A stretch of 64,000 nucleotides of DNA from positions 3,938,485 to 4,002,484 of the forward strand of contig NC_134027.1 of assembly GCF_964204645.1 (NCBI RefSeq). The letters are read 5' to 3'. Under the pieces are notes generated by a model. That model saw only the letters and a program-made list of their open reading frames with translations. It did no database searches and was not told the DNA's origin. Numbering within the stretch: position 1 is the first letter of the stretch; each line of letters begins with the position of its first letter. Below, piece after piece: positions 1-15,651 of the stretch. The position numbers were made by a program, and so were the translations under genes. This DNA is from Tubulanus polymorphus (taxonomy: Eukaryota; Animalia; Nemertea).

Positions 1-3000
1 CATGAATTCATTCAGAATGTGTTGGACTCAAAATACTAACGCAGTATCTCTGATACTTCTTTGCCATGGTTTGTCATGGTGTTGTTCTATTATTGAGTAG
101 AATATTTCAACCGGTGCGCGCCATTATCATACAACCGTATAGAGATAGCTTGTGACTTATTTCAAATATTCCTGTGATAAAGGTTTACCCGTTATCGGCA
201 TGCGCCATAGCAATAGGTCCTTTTATCAAACTGCCTCCGAAGATAAGCGCCGCAGATACCGAGACTTTTCAATCAGCTCTTATCAGTTATCCCAGGCTAC
301 ATTGGTGCTTTGGTTGTGTTATCAGTATAGATAAGAACCCTAGACGAACTGATCCTTATCAGTTACTTCAGACGAGAACATCTCTCTGTGTGTTAGCCTT
401 TAGTTTAGATAGCTAGCTTCAAAAATTGACTTAATCCAGATATAAGTTGCGCGGAGATGTGTGTAAATTCAAGTATACAACGAGGTCTTGATAACTCAAT
501 AAATAATGCTCTCGTTTATATGGAAGATCCGGAAAATCGGACTTATCAGATAGTTGGTGCGGGCCTTTTCGCGTGGTTATGAATATGGTTTCATTCACTG
601 CAACTTTGTTTATGGGGAATTGATGTATAGTAGAATATGATATAGATATAGATAATATAGATTTATAGTAAGTTAGATGATTATGATTAACGCGACGCGT
701 GCGCTGGGGCCAGTCATCAAACAGGCAAGTATAGATTGCGCACACAAAAAAAACCTGCTGAAGAGAGAGTCCTGAAAACATGTCATTTTTGTGTGTCAAT
801 TTCGGTTCATATATATCTAAAAACGTGAATAGTTCGTTTAGTTAATTTCAAATAACCACTTGCAAAAGCAACACATGAGTATGAATAAATAAATGAACAA
901 TGAATGCGCGTACGCCAAAGCGCGTTAGCCGTAGATGACCAGTGAAACGGATGAATCCGTGGTCATTTTTCAAGATAAAGAGAAGAGAGGCGTTTTTATC
1001 ACGCCAGTTGTCTAATGGAACTGTTTGATGTCTGCACTTTGATCATATAGAGGATACTTTCTTATCTACTGCTACATGGATGGATATTTTCTCGTTTGGT
1101 ATGACGATAATTCTCCCTTGATCGTTATGGGGCTTCTGTCGCCCGTTATCAGTCGTCTTGGCGAGGGCCAAGCTTGTCATGTATCGACGCTTATCAAACA
1201 TCTTATGCCAACACGAAGGGACATATGCCTTGCTAGTTGAAAGGAAAGGAAGCCGGTAACATTCAGTTCTCCCTCCGTTCCAGCTTAATCACCCCCTCGT
1301 GTGCTCACGAAATGCGACGGCGAACTGACAGACTTGTTGAACCGAGAATTGACACCGAATGTCACAATATATAGAAAAGTTTTTGAAAACTTTTCTGAAA
1401 ACTTTTCTATTGACGAGTCATAAAACGACATTTTTTCGTAGGGTTCTGAGAAAAGCGTGTTTGTAAGCATATCGAGATAAGATAAAACCAACGGATAGGA
1501 AGGGCGGCGGCATCGGAAGCGCGCGATGCTGTAAATAATATTGACTGCAACCACATAAGAATTTTTAGAAAAATATAACATTCTGTCATTGAATTTGTCT
1601 ATAAATAATAGATATGATATTTCAAATTGTTTATGGAGCCGTAGCAGATGTGTTATCGCACGGCCATCTTGGAATCTTGTTCAGCTATGAGCTTTTCGAA
1701 TAGACGTATCGGCTAGACATTCTGGGAGCCAATCTGTGGTGGTAGATCTGATAAGATACTTCGTAAGTTTACTTATTACACAACCTAAAGCTGGAAACAC
1801 GCACCATATCAACTCGTCTGCGACAATTCTTTTCAGTGGCATTTTTAAAAAAAGTGTTTGCAACAAGCCATAACTAAACAGCAAAGGCATGACAGCTACT
1901 GGTTGAGCCAGTTCCAAAAGGGTAAAGCGCTTGAATATTCGACATGTATGAGTATGGCGAGCTTGTTACATTCAGGACATTATACATCCCTTTCTAATGA
2001 AACTGGACAAGATCACGTTTGTGAAAATGATGTCCCCGGCCAGTTTTCAATCGCGGCGCTTCCACGCATACAACATACTGTTTATATTCTATCCCGGGGA
2101 TATTTCTCGCGGTGATAATCGGCTGATTTACTGACTGGATTTTTAAATTCCAAGCGGCTGCGACGCGACATTTCGTGAGGGTGATATCTCGCACGCCAAT
2201 ATACAATTCTGCTGGAGATTTCATCGCTACTCAGGCTTTACTTGGAATAAGAAAAATTGAGAAAAACTTTGCCAAGCTGTGATAACGTTCCATGAATACA
2301 AATGCTACATAAAGCTCGCGCTGGATTGAGTGACTTTGACAGAATTTACATTTCAAATGCATTTGGTCATGCGCGATAAGCGGCCCGGAGTAGGTTTGCA
2401 GATGGTGAGATAAGATAGTGCGGCAATAATATGGCGTTTTGCGAGCGATCCTGTCGCTTATCGTTGCCAAGTTGCAAATATTGTCCACAACTCTAGGTTA
2501 AATGCGTCATTTATCTTGCATTATCAGGTTTAGCTGGGCGATCTCCAGGCAGTCAGAAGTATCGATTGAGGCTGGTCCTCAATCAACCATGATTATCAGA
2601 AGCGCGCAGATCTGGGGGATTGCAGTTCTAATTACACAAGGAGGGATGGCAGCTGATAAGCCCGGTCGTATCACTAGGTTCTATCTTCGGTATCATGGTT
2701 ACCATCATTTCTAATGGATTAATTCAAATATAATCTATCATGCTGGCAGGCGGAATAATCTGCTCATCTCGGCGCCCATAAAGAAATGGAAAATGTAGCT
2801 TGATAACATCTGATCTAGCCGGGACTGGAAGCATGTTCCATGCAGATAATGCCTGACTAACGCTACTTTATACAGCATTATGTATAATTTTTCACGGCAT
2901 CTTGACAGTTGTGACTGTGATACGTTCTACCCTGAAAGGCCGCTTTCCTTCTGATATGTACCGGTACCAGCTAAAGCCGATTTTTATTTACAAACTGATA

Positions 3001-3305
3001 AATCATGATTTTACCTACGTAGCGCGCTAGTGGTTGGCGGTGCCGGTGATCATGAAGCGTCGGAATGCTCCATCATGGAATTAGAGGGCGGGAACACTAC
3101 ACTGCACTGCGACACTCGACTGACTCGACTGTATTACGACTTGTTGGACAATTTCCACCAAAAATCCCTACTTTTGCAAAACATTTGCAACAAACCGAGT
3201 CCAACAGATATGATAATCGAAACAAATTATTAGCCTAGTTTATCGCCAAAATTGTTTTAACTCGTCATTTTGTGGAACTGGGTCCATCTACTTTGCAAAT
3301 ATTTG

Positions 3306-3483
3306 GCGATACCGTAGCTAGCTCCAAGTTCGTACATTTTACTCAAGGTAATGAGACTGAAGGATATTTTTCAACGAAAAATGCGATACCGTAGCTAGCT
3401 CCAAATTCGTGCGTTTTACTCAAGGTTTTTCACATAATTCAAATGAGACTGAAGGATATTTTTCAACGAAAAATGCGATACCG
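3306..3483. repeat. Short tandem duplication (~77-98 bp units)
   Basis: gcgataccgtagctagctccaa...aatgagactgaaggatatttttcaacgaaaaat occurs twice, followed by a third gcgataccg. Confidence 0.85.
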
Positions 3484-4089
3484 GAAACCAAAAAAAAGGT
3501 ACATCGAGACACATTAATCAATATTGTTAGTTCGCAATCGCCAACTCGACTAAAACAAACATAATTATTATGATTGATAATGTAATTAATGATGCATACT
3601 AATTAATATCTGTAACTCATTGAAAGTTGAAAAGAAATTATTTCATTGTCAACCTAATCAATATTTTTCAATCCTTCTCCAATGAAAACTATTCGAAACA
3701 ACGCATTTTCCCAACCAGTTCGGTTTGAAATTAACTGTTTTCCTTATTTTTTTTGAAATTTGAGATGAACTTTTTTTTATTGTTCAGTTCAAACCCAATC
3801 AATTACATTTTGTGCAACGTTTTACTCCATGTAACCAGATAACTTTTAAGTTTTTCAAGTCAGTTTAGATTTTTTTTAAGATTCAGTAGATTGAATGATT
3901 TCATCAGTCACGTTATTAATGTGTATTGAATAACTCAAAAGAAACTTACATTTCACTGGCTTTGGGTTTAATTGTTTTCTCCTTGACATTCCGGCAGGTT
4001 TTTTCTCATCTCTCCACTCAGTACGGTGGCTTGCATCTTCTGATAAACGACCTGAATCAGATATATTCATTCATCTCAGTAGCCGGCTG

Positions 4090-4200
4090 CGTTGTGCGCA
4101 TGCGCTAAATATTCGAGCCGGACAAAATGGCGGACGGAATATCAAACGCTGAATCGTAGTAGGACAAATTTTATACATTGCTCGTGTTTATGGTAACATT
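4090..4200 (+). promoter_or_regulatory. Probable promoter/first exon of the zinc-finger gene
   Basis: TGCGCATGCGC (NRF1-type, 4095-4105) and AAAATGGCGG (YY1-type, 4124-4133), upstream of an acceptor at 4447. Confidence 0.55.
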
Positions 4201-4453
4201 GAGACGTGTGTCTTGTGGAAATGGTAATTTTATAGTAATAAGTTATTGTTGTATCGATATATGAAATGGAAACAACCACCCACATAAGAAAGGGTGGTTG
4301 ATATACTCGAACTGAATATATTTATCGCGGAAACTAATTTTCTTGTGGATGAATGTGTGGTTGGGTTCGAATCCCGAATTTCTTATTCATGAAAAGGTGC
4401 GACTGTCAAAAGGTGTGTCAATAAAATCACGAAGTATTTTTTTTCAGGTTAAA

Positions 4454-7400
4454 ATGGATGAGCTCGGTATTCAGTAAGTCCTACATTTGAAAAGTTGGGA
4501 AAATGTCCTCTTCAGGTAGGTAAATGTGATGTAACCATGTGAAGTTTTGAGATGACAATCGCTCAGGTTGGTCCCCTTCATTATAGTCCGACCCGGGCTT
4601 TGAAGCTAAAAACTTTGATGACGAAAAAGTGATTTTTTGTGAAGCTGTGAATCGAGAACCATTTTCAAACAATCTAAAATGGATACGTATTCATTCCCCT
4701 CAATCGTAATACAGCTGTTCTAATCTGTTGTAATTTTCATTAACCTTAACTTGAAATTCTAGAACTGTACAATAGTTGTTTTTCACGAGCTGTTAGTACA
4801 TACGTGTATAATGCCACTGCCCTAGCGGAATTTTTTCAATATTGTTACAGTCGGCTGTGTCTTATCTGCTCCGCGCCAGAAGAGCGTATATTTGATTTAT
4901 CAAAATATCAGTTGGGCTGAAAATGCGCTCTATTCATCAAACTGATATCACAGATCTGATCCTTGCTAGATCAGATTGCCAGGCAACTGAGATAGTTATC
5001 ACACGTCACCATGGTTACAGACAAAATGTTCCGCGATAGCATCTTTTAGACTGCATCAGCAGATAGAGATCTTCGGGCGAATTTTTCTAAAACCCACACA
5101 CTTTCCCGACCCACAAACGTAACAATTGTTCGAAGTTGTACCCGATCGGGATTGTTTTCAATGAAAATACATCTTGGATATTGAGAGGATGGTATTCCGG
5201 ATATAAACGAAATATTTCCTTCTCGTCCGTACCTACCGGCAGACTTCGTTCTCTCAAAACTCGTTCATTCAAATCGGTTCTTAACATTATTGACAATTAT
5301 CAAAAAAATTCCACTTTTACAACTCTTTAACAAATTCAATTCCTCGATTGAATGTATATCAATATATCTATGAAGAATCTCGTTTAGTAGTTCTGTAACT
5401 GCTGGACTAGTAAATGATTGCCGTCATCATTGCTTTCATAAAATGTGTCTTTTTTTCTCTTTTTAGATGAGGAGGATGTTCACATCTGTGGTCGCTGCAA
5501 GCTAGCGTTTAACGATCTTGGACATTATGTTATACACAAAAAGGCAAATTATTGTAGAAAACAGAAATCTACTCGTATATCCGCGACAACTACTTTATCG
5601 GACTTAGCTGAAACTTCTCCGAATCAAGCATTCGGGTTTGCCCACCAGACGCCACGAGACGTTTCGATGGACACTGATTCTGGATTTCAACGTATTCGCC
5701 TCGTGGAAGCCAATTCATCCTTAAAACCTGATCACGATTACTCTAGAACTAGAGATTCCGATGATGGTCGCTCCCGGGGATCTGCTAAAAAACAAGAGGA
5801 GCCGCTACCGAATATGGATTCAACCGCATTAATCGTAAACGATGCCCTGGAAAATCAAGCGATTGATGGCGATGAAATATACATCAATCCGCAACCTCTC
5901 TTAACGAGCGAAGAAAGTGAAAGTATCGTGTCAAATCAACTGATTGTCGAAACATGTGAACTGCATCAGTCACCAGCTGTCGAGGAGTATGAGCAACCGT
6001 CAGGAGAAATAACAGAAGTCGAGAAGTCGGTAGCTGCGACACAAGTTGAAACTGCACCAACTGAAGTGATAGTACAGTGTATTAGCCCTGTTCCACCTGA
6101 GGAACTACAACGCGAACAAGATTCGAAGTCCGTGAAAACCGTTGAAGTTCCCGCAACAGTCCGTCCAACAAGAGCTCAAAGAAAGCGAAAGAAAGTTGAT
6201 TACGTCGAACTTTCAGAAGGAAATGACACATCGATCACTGAAGCCGTGAATGCCTCAGATAAACGTGAACGCGATTGTATAACTGAGAAATATATGGATA
6301 GTAACGAGAGAAAGTTTGTTTGTGGTCTATGTCGACATTCGTTTATTTCCACTAAGAAGCTAAATACGCATAAAAAGTTGAATCACAAATATCGGTGCAC
6401 AATTTCTGAGTGTAAATACCAGTTCACTTCAAATTTGAATTTAGAAGCTCATATTCAAGACGAGCATCCTCTGAATACATCGGTCGTATGCCCGGTGTGT
6501 GGGCGCTCTCTAACCAGGAGATTATGGACATGGTGCGAACATCACGAAAAATTACACACTCCCATGCATAGCCGTGCCGACCTGGCTGTTATTGGTGAAA
6601 TACCATCAATGGACGGTGATCCTGACAAACTGGAGGAGTTTCAATGTCCGATTTGTTGTCGTATTTTAGGTGACGAGGCTTCATTCTCGCGACATTTGGA
6701 TCTACACAGAGTCTGGATCGAAGCCGAAGATACAACGAATGCGCCATGCTCTTCGCGAATCCAGCATTCAGACGGTGATTCTTCGCTAGAAAAAACAACT
6801 TCATCCATTCAGACGAAGATAAGCGATACAAACAAGTATGACGATAAGATTGGATATCCCTGCTATGTCTGTCCAGTTATATTTGACGACTTCGACGAAG
6901 CTCAAAATCACAAACGAATAGCTCACAAGATGAAGCAGATATTTCGGTGTATTCAGCCGAAATGTTATCAGAATTTCCAGGACGGGGATTCATTCATTTC
7001 GCACATAAAATGCCACATACAAAGAGCCTGTATTTGTCGTATATGTAACGATCATTTTACCGACCGGGGAATGCTAATGTCGCACCAAGTGCAACTTCAT
7101 AAATCCAACTACAGTTTAGACGGGTTCCGATGTGATAAATGCGGACGCATTCTGACGAGTCAAAAATGTCTAGATGATCATCTGGCTCGCGTTGAGCACG
7201 AATATAGTTGCGAGCATTGTGACAAGACGTTTATAAACACTACAAGACTTAACAGCCACAAAAGCTCAAACCATGTTACGCAGGTCGGCTCCTCGAATCT
7301 GTGTGATATATGCGGAATGTCTTTCCCTCGTAAACCGTTACTCAAACGACACTTACAGCTACATGAAACTACTGATGATAAGAAATGTCCTTACTGCGGA

Positions 7401-8510
7401 CGTTCGTTCGAAATGAAAGAATATTTGAACCGGCATGTGCGGACAATGCATATGAATTGGAGACCGTTGCAGTGTCCGGAGGCTGAGTGTGGTAAGCGTT
7501 TTGTGACACAATCGAAATTAGAGCGACACATCGATACGCATAATAAAGAGCGTAAATTCGAGTGTCCGATGTGTGGAAAGAAGTACCGCAGCCGTGACGT
7601 TTTGTACAAACACTGTAAGGCATTCTGTAGCCAGTTTTGTGACTTGTGTAAAGAGTCGTTTGCGCATCAGGAAGAACTGGAGATCCATTCGATTGAACGA
7701 CATCCCGACCATTATTACTTCTGTCAATTTTGTTTCTCGATCGGCGAAACTTTAACTGATCTAAAACAGCATATCGTTCAACAGCACATGAAGAAAATCA
7801 AACGCATGTTTACGACGGAAGTGAATCTGGGGGACGAGAAATTTCAGGCGATGCCGACAGAAACTATGCAATCATTGCTCAACACGAACCACTCGATGAT
7901 CATGCTTCAGCTTCGTAAGAACACTACCGTCTACCGGTGTGACGTCACTAACTGCGGTAAAGAATTTAAAGAGAAGAAAAAACTGAAAGATCACGTTCGG
8001 ACTCATTCTGTGGTGAAAGGGATTCACTGTCAATTCTGCAATTTCGTCACGAAGACGCAAGACTCGTATCGCAAACACAAGCGACGGTCGCATACGTGCA
8101 AGATTTATCCGTGTAACGCTGTGATCGGTAGAGCAGACGAGATGAAGGAACATCTGGTACAAGCACATCCGGAATATAACGACCGTTTGGTGTGTCATTT
8201 GTGTCCAAAACTAACAACGTTCGAGAAACTGAACGAGATCGAATACAACAAACACATTGAAAAACACGCGAATCACGGAGAAAGACGCCAACAGAGAGAT
8301 CCCGACAAATCATCGAGTGCCCCGTTCTCTCAAGGTCGTCATCAAGCATCGACAGACGAGACCGTCGTGCAAACGTCTCTCATTATCGATGAGTCTACTA
8401 TATCAGAAGTTGTCGCTAACTCGGCTAATACTGTCGAGGTTTATCAGATATCTTTTGAAACAGAAACTGGCAATGTAGAAACTACTGATATATTGTTAGT
8501 TCAGAACTGA
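4454..8510 (+). CDS. Multi-C2H2 zinc-finger protein, ZNF341-like N-terminus (~1018 aa)
   Basis: Long ORF 5445-8510 with many CxxC...HxxxH fingers. Acceptor ttttag precedes 5467 (phase 1), which fits a short coding exon ATG GAT GAG CTC G|gt at 4454-4466 and gives MDELDEEDVHICGRCK, similar to the ZNF341 'DEDVFLCGKCK' motif. Confidence 0.85.
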
Positions 8511-9386
8511 ATAATTTTCCTGAACGTTAATTGAGCATGTTAACATATATTTTCGTGTACGCAGTCATAGTTAATATGAAGATTTATCATAGATGCTGCA
8601 TGATTATGAATTTGTTTTTAATTCCTTCTGAAATGTGCTTTTGGGTGCAGCTTACCTCGGTCGTTCTACGATTCAACACCTTCAGTATAGTTGAACATGT
8701 AATCTAGTGAAAATGGTTTGTAAAATGTATTTCTTTTATATATTGTACAAAAGCTTATGTAAATTGGCTGTAGAAATAAAAGTATTGATAATGCTTATGT
8801 TAAAATATGAATTTGGTTTTTCTTTCTAATCAGAGGATTTTTGGAAAAAAAGCAAATCTATAGATAATCTAGCAATTAACGAATGGTGATGTGTGTATTG
8901 ACAGGAAGTAAGTATGAAACTGATGATGTGTTTGACAGATACATCTGTGACCAGCTCCTGGCAGCCGTCACCTTATTCACATAAGCACTGACTGTGATTT
9001 TCGTAGCGACATCAGCGATGAGGACATAAAAGGGCATATGTTACATATCTAACTTTTCAGCTGAAAGTTGACTACAGTTATTAGGATTATTTGTAATGCT
9101 GCAAGAACAAGATCCCATGAAGCTTCTATCCATCAAATACATTATTAGAATAAGCTATGGAAGATAATAAAGATATATACTTGAAACTGTTAAAGGCCCT
9201 TATGACTCGATGTCTAATTTTGCCCTGGTGATCGTAAACGAACTGCGTGCCCAAGGATTCAGTACCATCGGGTGCCTCTTTAGTCGCTGTGTCATCAATA
9301 GCCACGTCGTCTCAGCTCGGCTATCAGTGATCATCTAATCTCTAATCTCATTATTTTTCTAATCAGTTCTCGAATCGGCACGGGCA

Positions 9387-11547
9387 ATGGATACTATCGC
9401 ACTTTCTGCATTCATCCTCGGAATACTATTTCTATCACATACACAAGTTGATGCGAAAGTTTTCGAACTCGATCACAAAAACTTTGACGAGGCGAGTATT
9501 TGACGATGTTTTGATGATGATATTTTGACGAGGCGAATTGTGATTTTAGGCACATTACTGCGCAATGTTATTGAATAGCTCTAATAATGCAACTTTTTAT
9601 AGGTTATCAATGAAAATGCCATGGCCATAGTGATGTTTTACGCCCCGTGTAAGTATTTTCTTGCAATAATCACACCTTCATCTATTGAATCTTTAAGTCG
9701 AGGTCATGTTAACTTCGTAATTTGCAGGGTGTGGAGCGTGTAAAGCGGCGTTGCCTCGTTTTGCTGAAGCGTCGTCTAAATTCAAAAAAGAGAGAGATGT
9801 AATTTTTGCGAGAGTAGACGCTTTTCACGATCGGATATTATCTTTGAAGTTCAACGTCGACCGATTCCCAACTACGTATATCTTCCCATATTCTACAGAG
9901 GGCACAAAGTAAGATGCTAAGCTTTCTGATAATCGTAAAGACCGTTGCGATAATCGGATATAGACCTTCATGAAAATAACTTCCAATTTTTGCAGATACA
10001 CCGATCCACTCACCGTAGAGACTATTACGAAAACATTAAAAGCGATGTGGAAAAAGGAGAACAAAACTCCCAGAAAGAAGGTAACAATCAAGAAACCGAT
10101 CAAAACGAAACCTGTCACCGGAAAACGAGACCCGAAAACTGGAGTTGTTGAAATCGGAATTGAAGACTTCCACACGATTGTTCTAGACCCGAGAAAGCAT
10201 GTAATGATTATGTTCTACGCACCGGGTAAGGAGTAACTTACAAAACAAGAAATTAAATCCAGATTCGTTTAGTTTATTTACACGGAAATACTGTTCTCCA
10301 GGTTGCACGACTGACTGCGAAACTTATGGCAAAATTGCATCCGCCTTTATAAACGAAGAATCGGTATGAATATTGATCCTTTCAATAATAATCTTCGAAT
10401 TGATACTATATAGAACCTCATGACAGCATTATACATATGAAAATCTCTTCTCTGTTTATGCAGCTAGTTTTCTGCAAGATCGACGTAACCACCGATATAA
10501 AAATTGCACAAAAGTGAGTCTTCTTTTTAAAGTATAGATCTATACGGGTTAGGCTAATATCACCGGGATGTTGGTGATACTTATACTTGGACGATTATGT
10601 TTCAGTTTCAATATACTAAAAAATCCTACACTGTATTGGTTCCCAAAGAACGACAAAGACATGGGAAGTCGGGTAAGGGATTGGGCATCAGAAATCTAAA
10701 CCTCCTTTTTCTGAAATTATCGTCACGTAGTTTCTCTAATGTGTCTATACTGGTTTGTTATACAGTACGGCGGTGATATGGATCATCCGCAGATTGTGGA
10801 GTTTGTCAATGATGAGACGGGAACAGCGAGAAGTGAGATTGGTGAACTTCTTCCAACAGTGAGTTCGATATCGAATCATTTTACGTTACAAAATACGACA
10901 AGAACTACGCTCAAACTTATTTTCTTTTAGGCTGGACGCATTAAGGCAATGGATGACTTGATGAAGGAAAATATTGATGACATCGTGAATGCGAGATCTT
11001 TAGATTCGATAATAACTAAAGCCCGACAATTAGTGAAAAGTTCTATACACGATAAGAAGTACGTATCATCATATATAAAGTAAAATTTCAAATGTGGGTC
11101 TCCGACATATGTGACTCTAACTATGCGTAATTACCAAACCATAGTATACATGTTATCTGACGTCATTTTATTGTGTTGTTGGCAGATATTTGAATTATTA
11201 CATGAAACTTTTGGAAGATATCAAGAGTACAACAGATGCCGACATAGTCATTCAGAGAGAATACGATTTTATCAACGAGAATCTGGCCGAAGGTAACTTA
11301 AATAAATCAATAGATGTCGAATTTCCCTTCGATATAATCTACCGCTATTGTTTCTTTGACTTCATAAAAATATTACGATTGTCGTTTATTTCTAGCAAAA
11401 ACGAAAAAAAGTAGTGATGAAATGGTTAAACTGAGGAATATACTCGGTGCTTTTGTCGACTATGCCGCAGCTGCAGTGCTTGATATGCCTGGTCTTGGGG
11501 ATGAAATTGCCGATGTACCGCCATACATGCTTAGGGACGAATTATAG
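9387..11547 (+). CDS. Protein disulfide isomerase family, two thioredoxin domains plus ERp29-like helical C-terminal domain
   Basis: Signal peptide MDTIALSAFILGILFLSHTQVDA; MFYAPWCGAC; second domain MFYAPGCTTDC; AGRIKAMD...YYMKLL...KLRNILGAF helical domain; C-terminal RDEL*. About 11 short exons. Confidence 0.85.
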
Positions 11548-12182
11548 ATAGAACTGATCGAAAAGATAAAGTGAATAGTTGATTTATTTATAGCGACTAA
11601 ATTTATCAAGACTTGGATAAGGAACTAGTCTTAAAACCTTGTTATAGTTAGCATTGGTCATTAGATATTCAAATCAACAGTACATTTAGTGGACAGAGAG
11701 AGATTGAAATTTAGAGATTTATATGATATAGTTGAAAGGATTCTTCCCTTGCTTCCAGGTAGATTTATTTGTATTTGTAATAAAAATGTCCTCTATACCA
11801 ATTTCACACGTTGTTGTTTTACTGATTACTATACGATATGGGAGTCAAAATGAGGACGTGTGCGGACCAGTGACCAAACAAACCCTACAACCAGGCGGTG
11901 ATCGAGCCCCGGGTGTAAGTCAACAACACGGAAAATATCTTAATAAAAGAGAACGCCAACTATTAGATATATCAACTGATTCCTATTTATTATTAGAAGC
12001 CGTAACAAATTGTTGATAATTCTTAGTAAAACCTGTTCACAAACACATAATATTTACATCGACAAAATATCTACATCAGCAGTAATAATCAGCCTCGTGG
12101 TGAAAGCAATAAATTGACAAGGCAAAAGAAACAATACTGGCAAAATCTCTAAATGATTGAATCACACACACAGTTTTAATGA

Positions 12183-14563
<2,381 letters not shown>

Positions 14564-15651
14564 ATGGCGGACGCTGATCTTGAAGCAATACGGGCCAAAA
14601 GAATGGCTGAATTAGAGTCCCAATATAGTGTAAAGCTTTAATTTTATATTCATCTAATACTTTATTATCGGTTTCATCGTAAATATTTATTGCTGATTTG
14701 GTTATTACCTAGGAATGCTAAGATTTTGGCCTTTGAAGTTGGAAATGGAGCGTCCTATCATGCCGCCCTCTTGCGATAATATTTTGAACTACCCGTGGAT
14801 TGACCATATTTTGTGCAAAACTTTTCAGCTTTTTATCGTTTGTTCATTTTCAGGGGCGTGGTGGTGGAGGAGGAGGCCCATCACCGGAACAGCAACAAGC
14901 GGCAATGAACAAAGAGAGAGAGATGAAAAACTCAATTCTATCTCAAGTTCTTGATCAAAAAGCCAGAGCAAGATGTAAGTAAGATATGAATACCAGACGT
15001 TTCGGGAACAACGGCTAGAAACTTGACCATAAGTAAGAGGGAAGATTATAGTCGAACGAAAAGTGGTAAACAAAATTCCTGAACATCAAACTGATAAATG
15101 GATTTATCCCTTGCAGTAAACAGCATAGCATTAGTTAAACCAGAGAAAGCGGCGATGGTTGAAAATGCAATCATTTCTATGGCGAGGACTGGTCAAATTG
15201 GCGGAAAAGTAGGTGTCAGACTTGAATACAATATACATGATACAGTCTATAGGTTATTCTCTCGTTATATTTGTCATCAGATAGGCCTAAGTAGTCTCTA
15301 TTTTTGAGTCTCAAATGGAATTCCCAATTATATTAACTAAATGTAAGTCATTAGGATAAGTCAACCTGATAGTGGTTCCAGCATCGAATTTGACTCTGGA
15401 ATAGCTAAGCAGTTGAAGAAGAAATAATTATCAAGCATTTTTGCATTCTCCGTTCCAGTTGGATGAACCAAGTTTAATTGGTATATTAGAACAGTTTAAT
15501 GAAAAAACTAATAAGACAACCACTGTAAAGGTATGTACTGTAATTATATTTGTTTTAAACTTAACAAACTTAATTATTTCAAAACCTGATTCGTTTAAAA
15601 ATTGTTTTACAGTTTGAAAGAAGACGGGTTTTTGATGAAGATGATGATTAA
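14564..15651 (+). CDS. PDCD5: Programmed cell death protein 5
   Basis: MADADLEAIRAKRMAEL...[33 protein letters not shown]...KFERRRVFDEDDD* across 5 exons. Confidence 0.95.

Noticed and set aside
152-3233. Short ORFs in the first 3 kb
   Set aside because: No homology cues or consistent splice structure.
9824-9840. TTTCACGATCGGATATT in a PDI exon matches the dispersed repeat at ~61605
   Set aside because: Only ~17 nt, inside an ordinary thioredoxin-coding segment; most likely chance.
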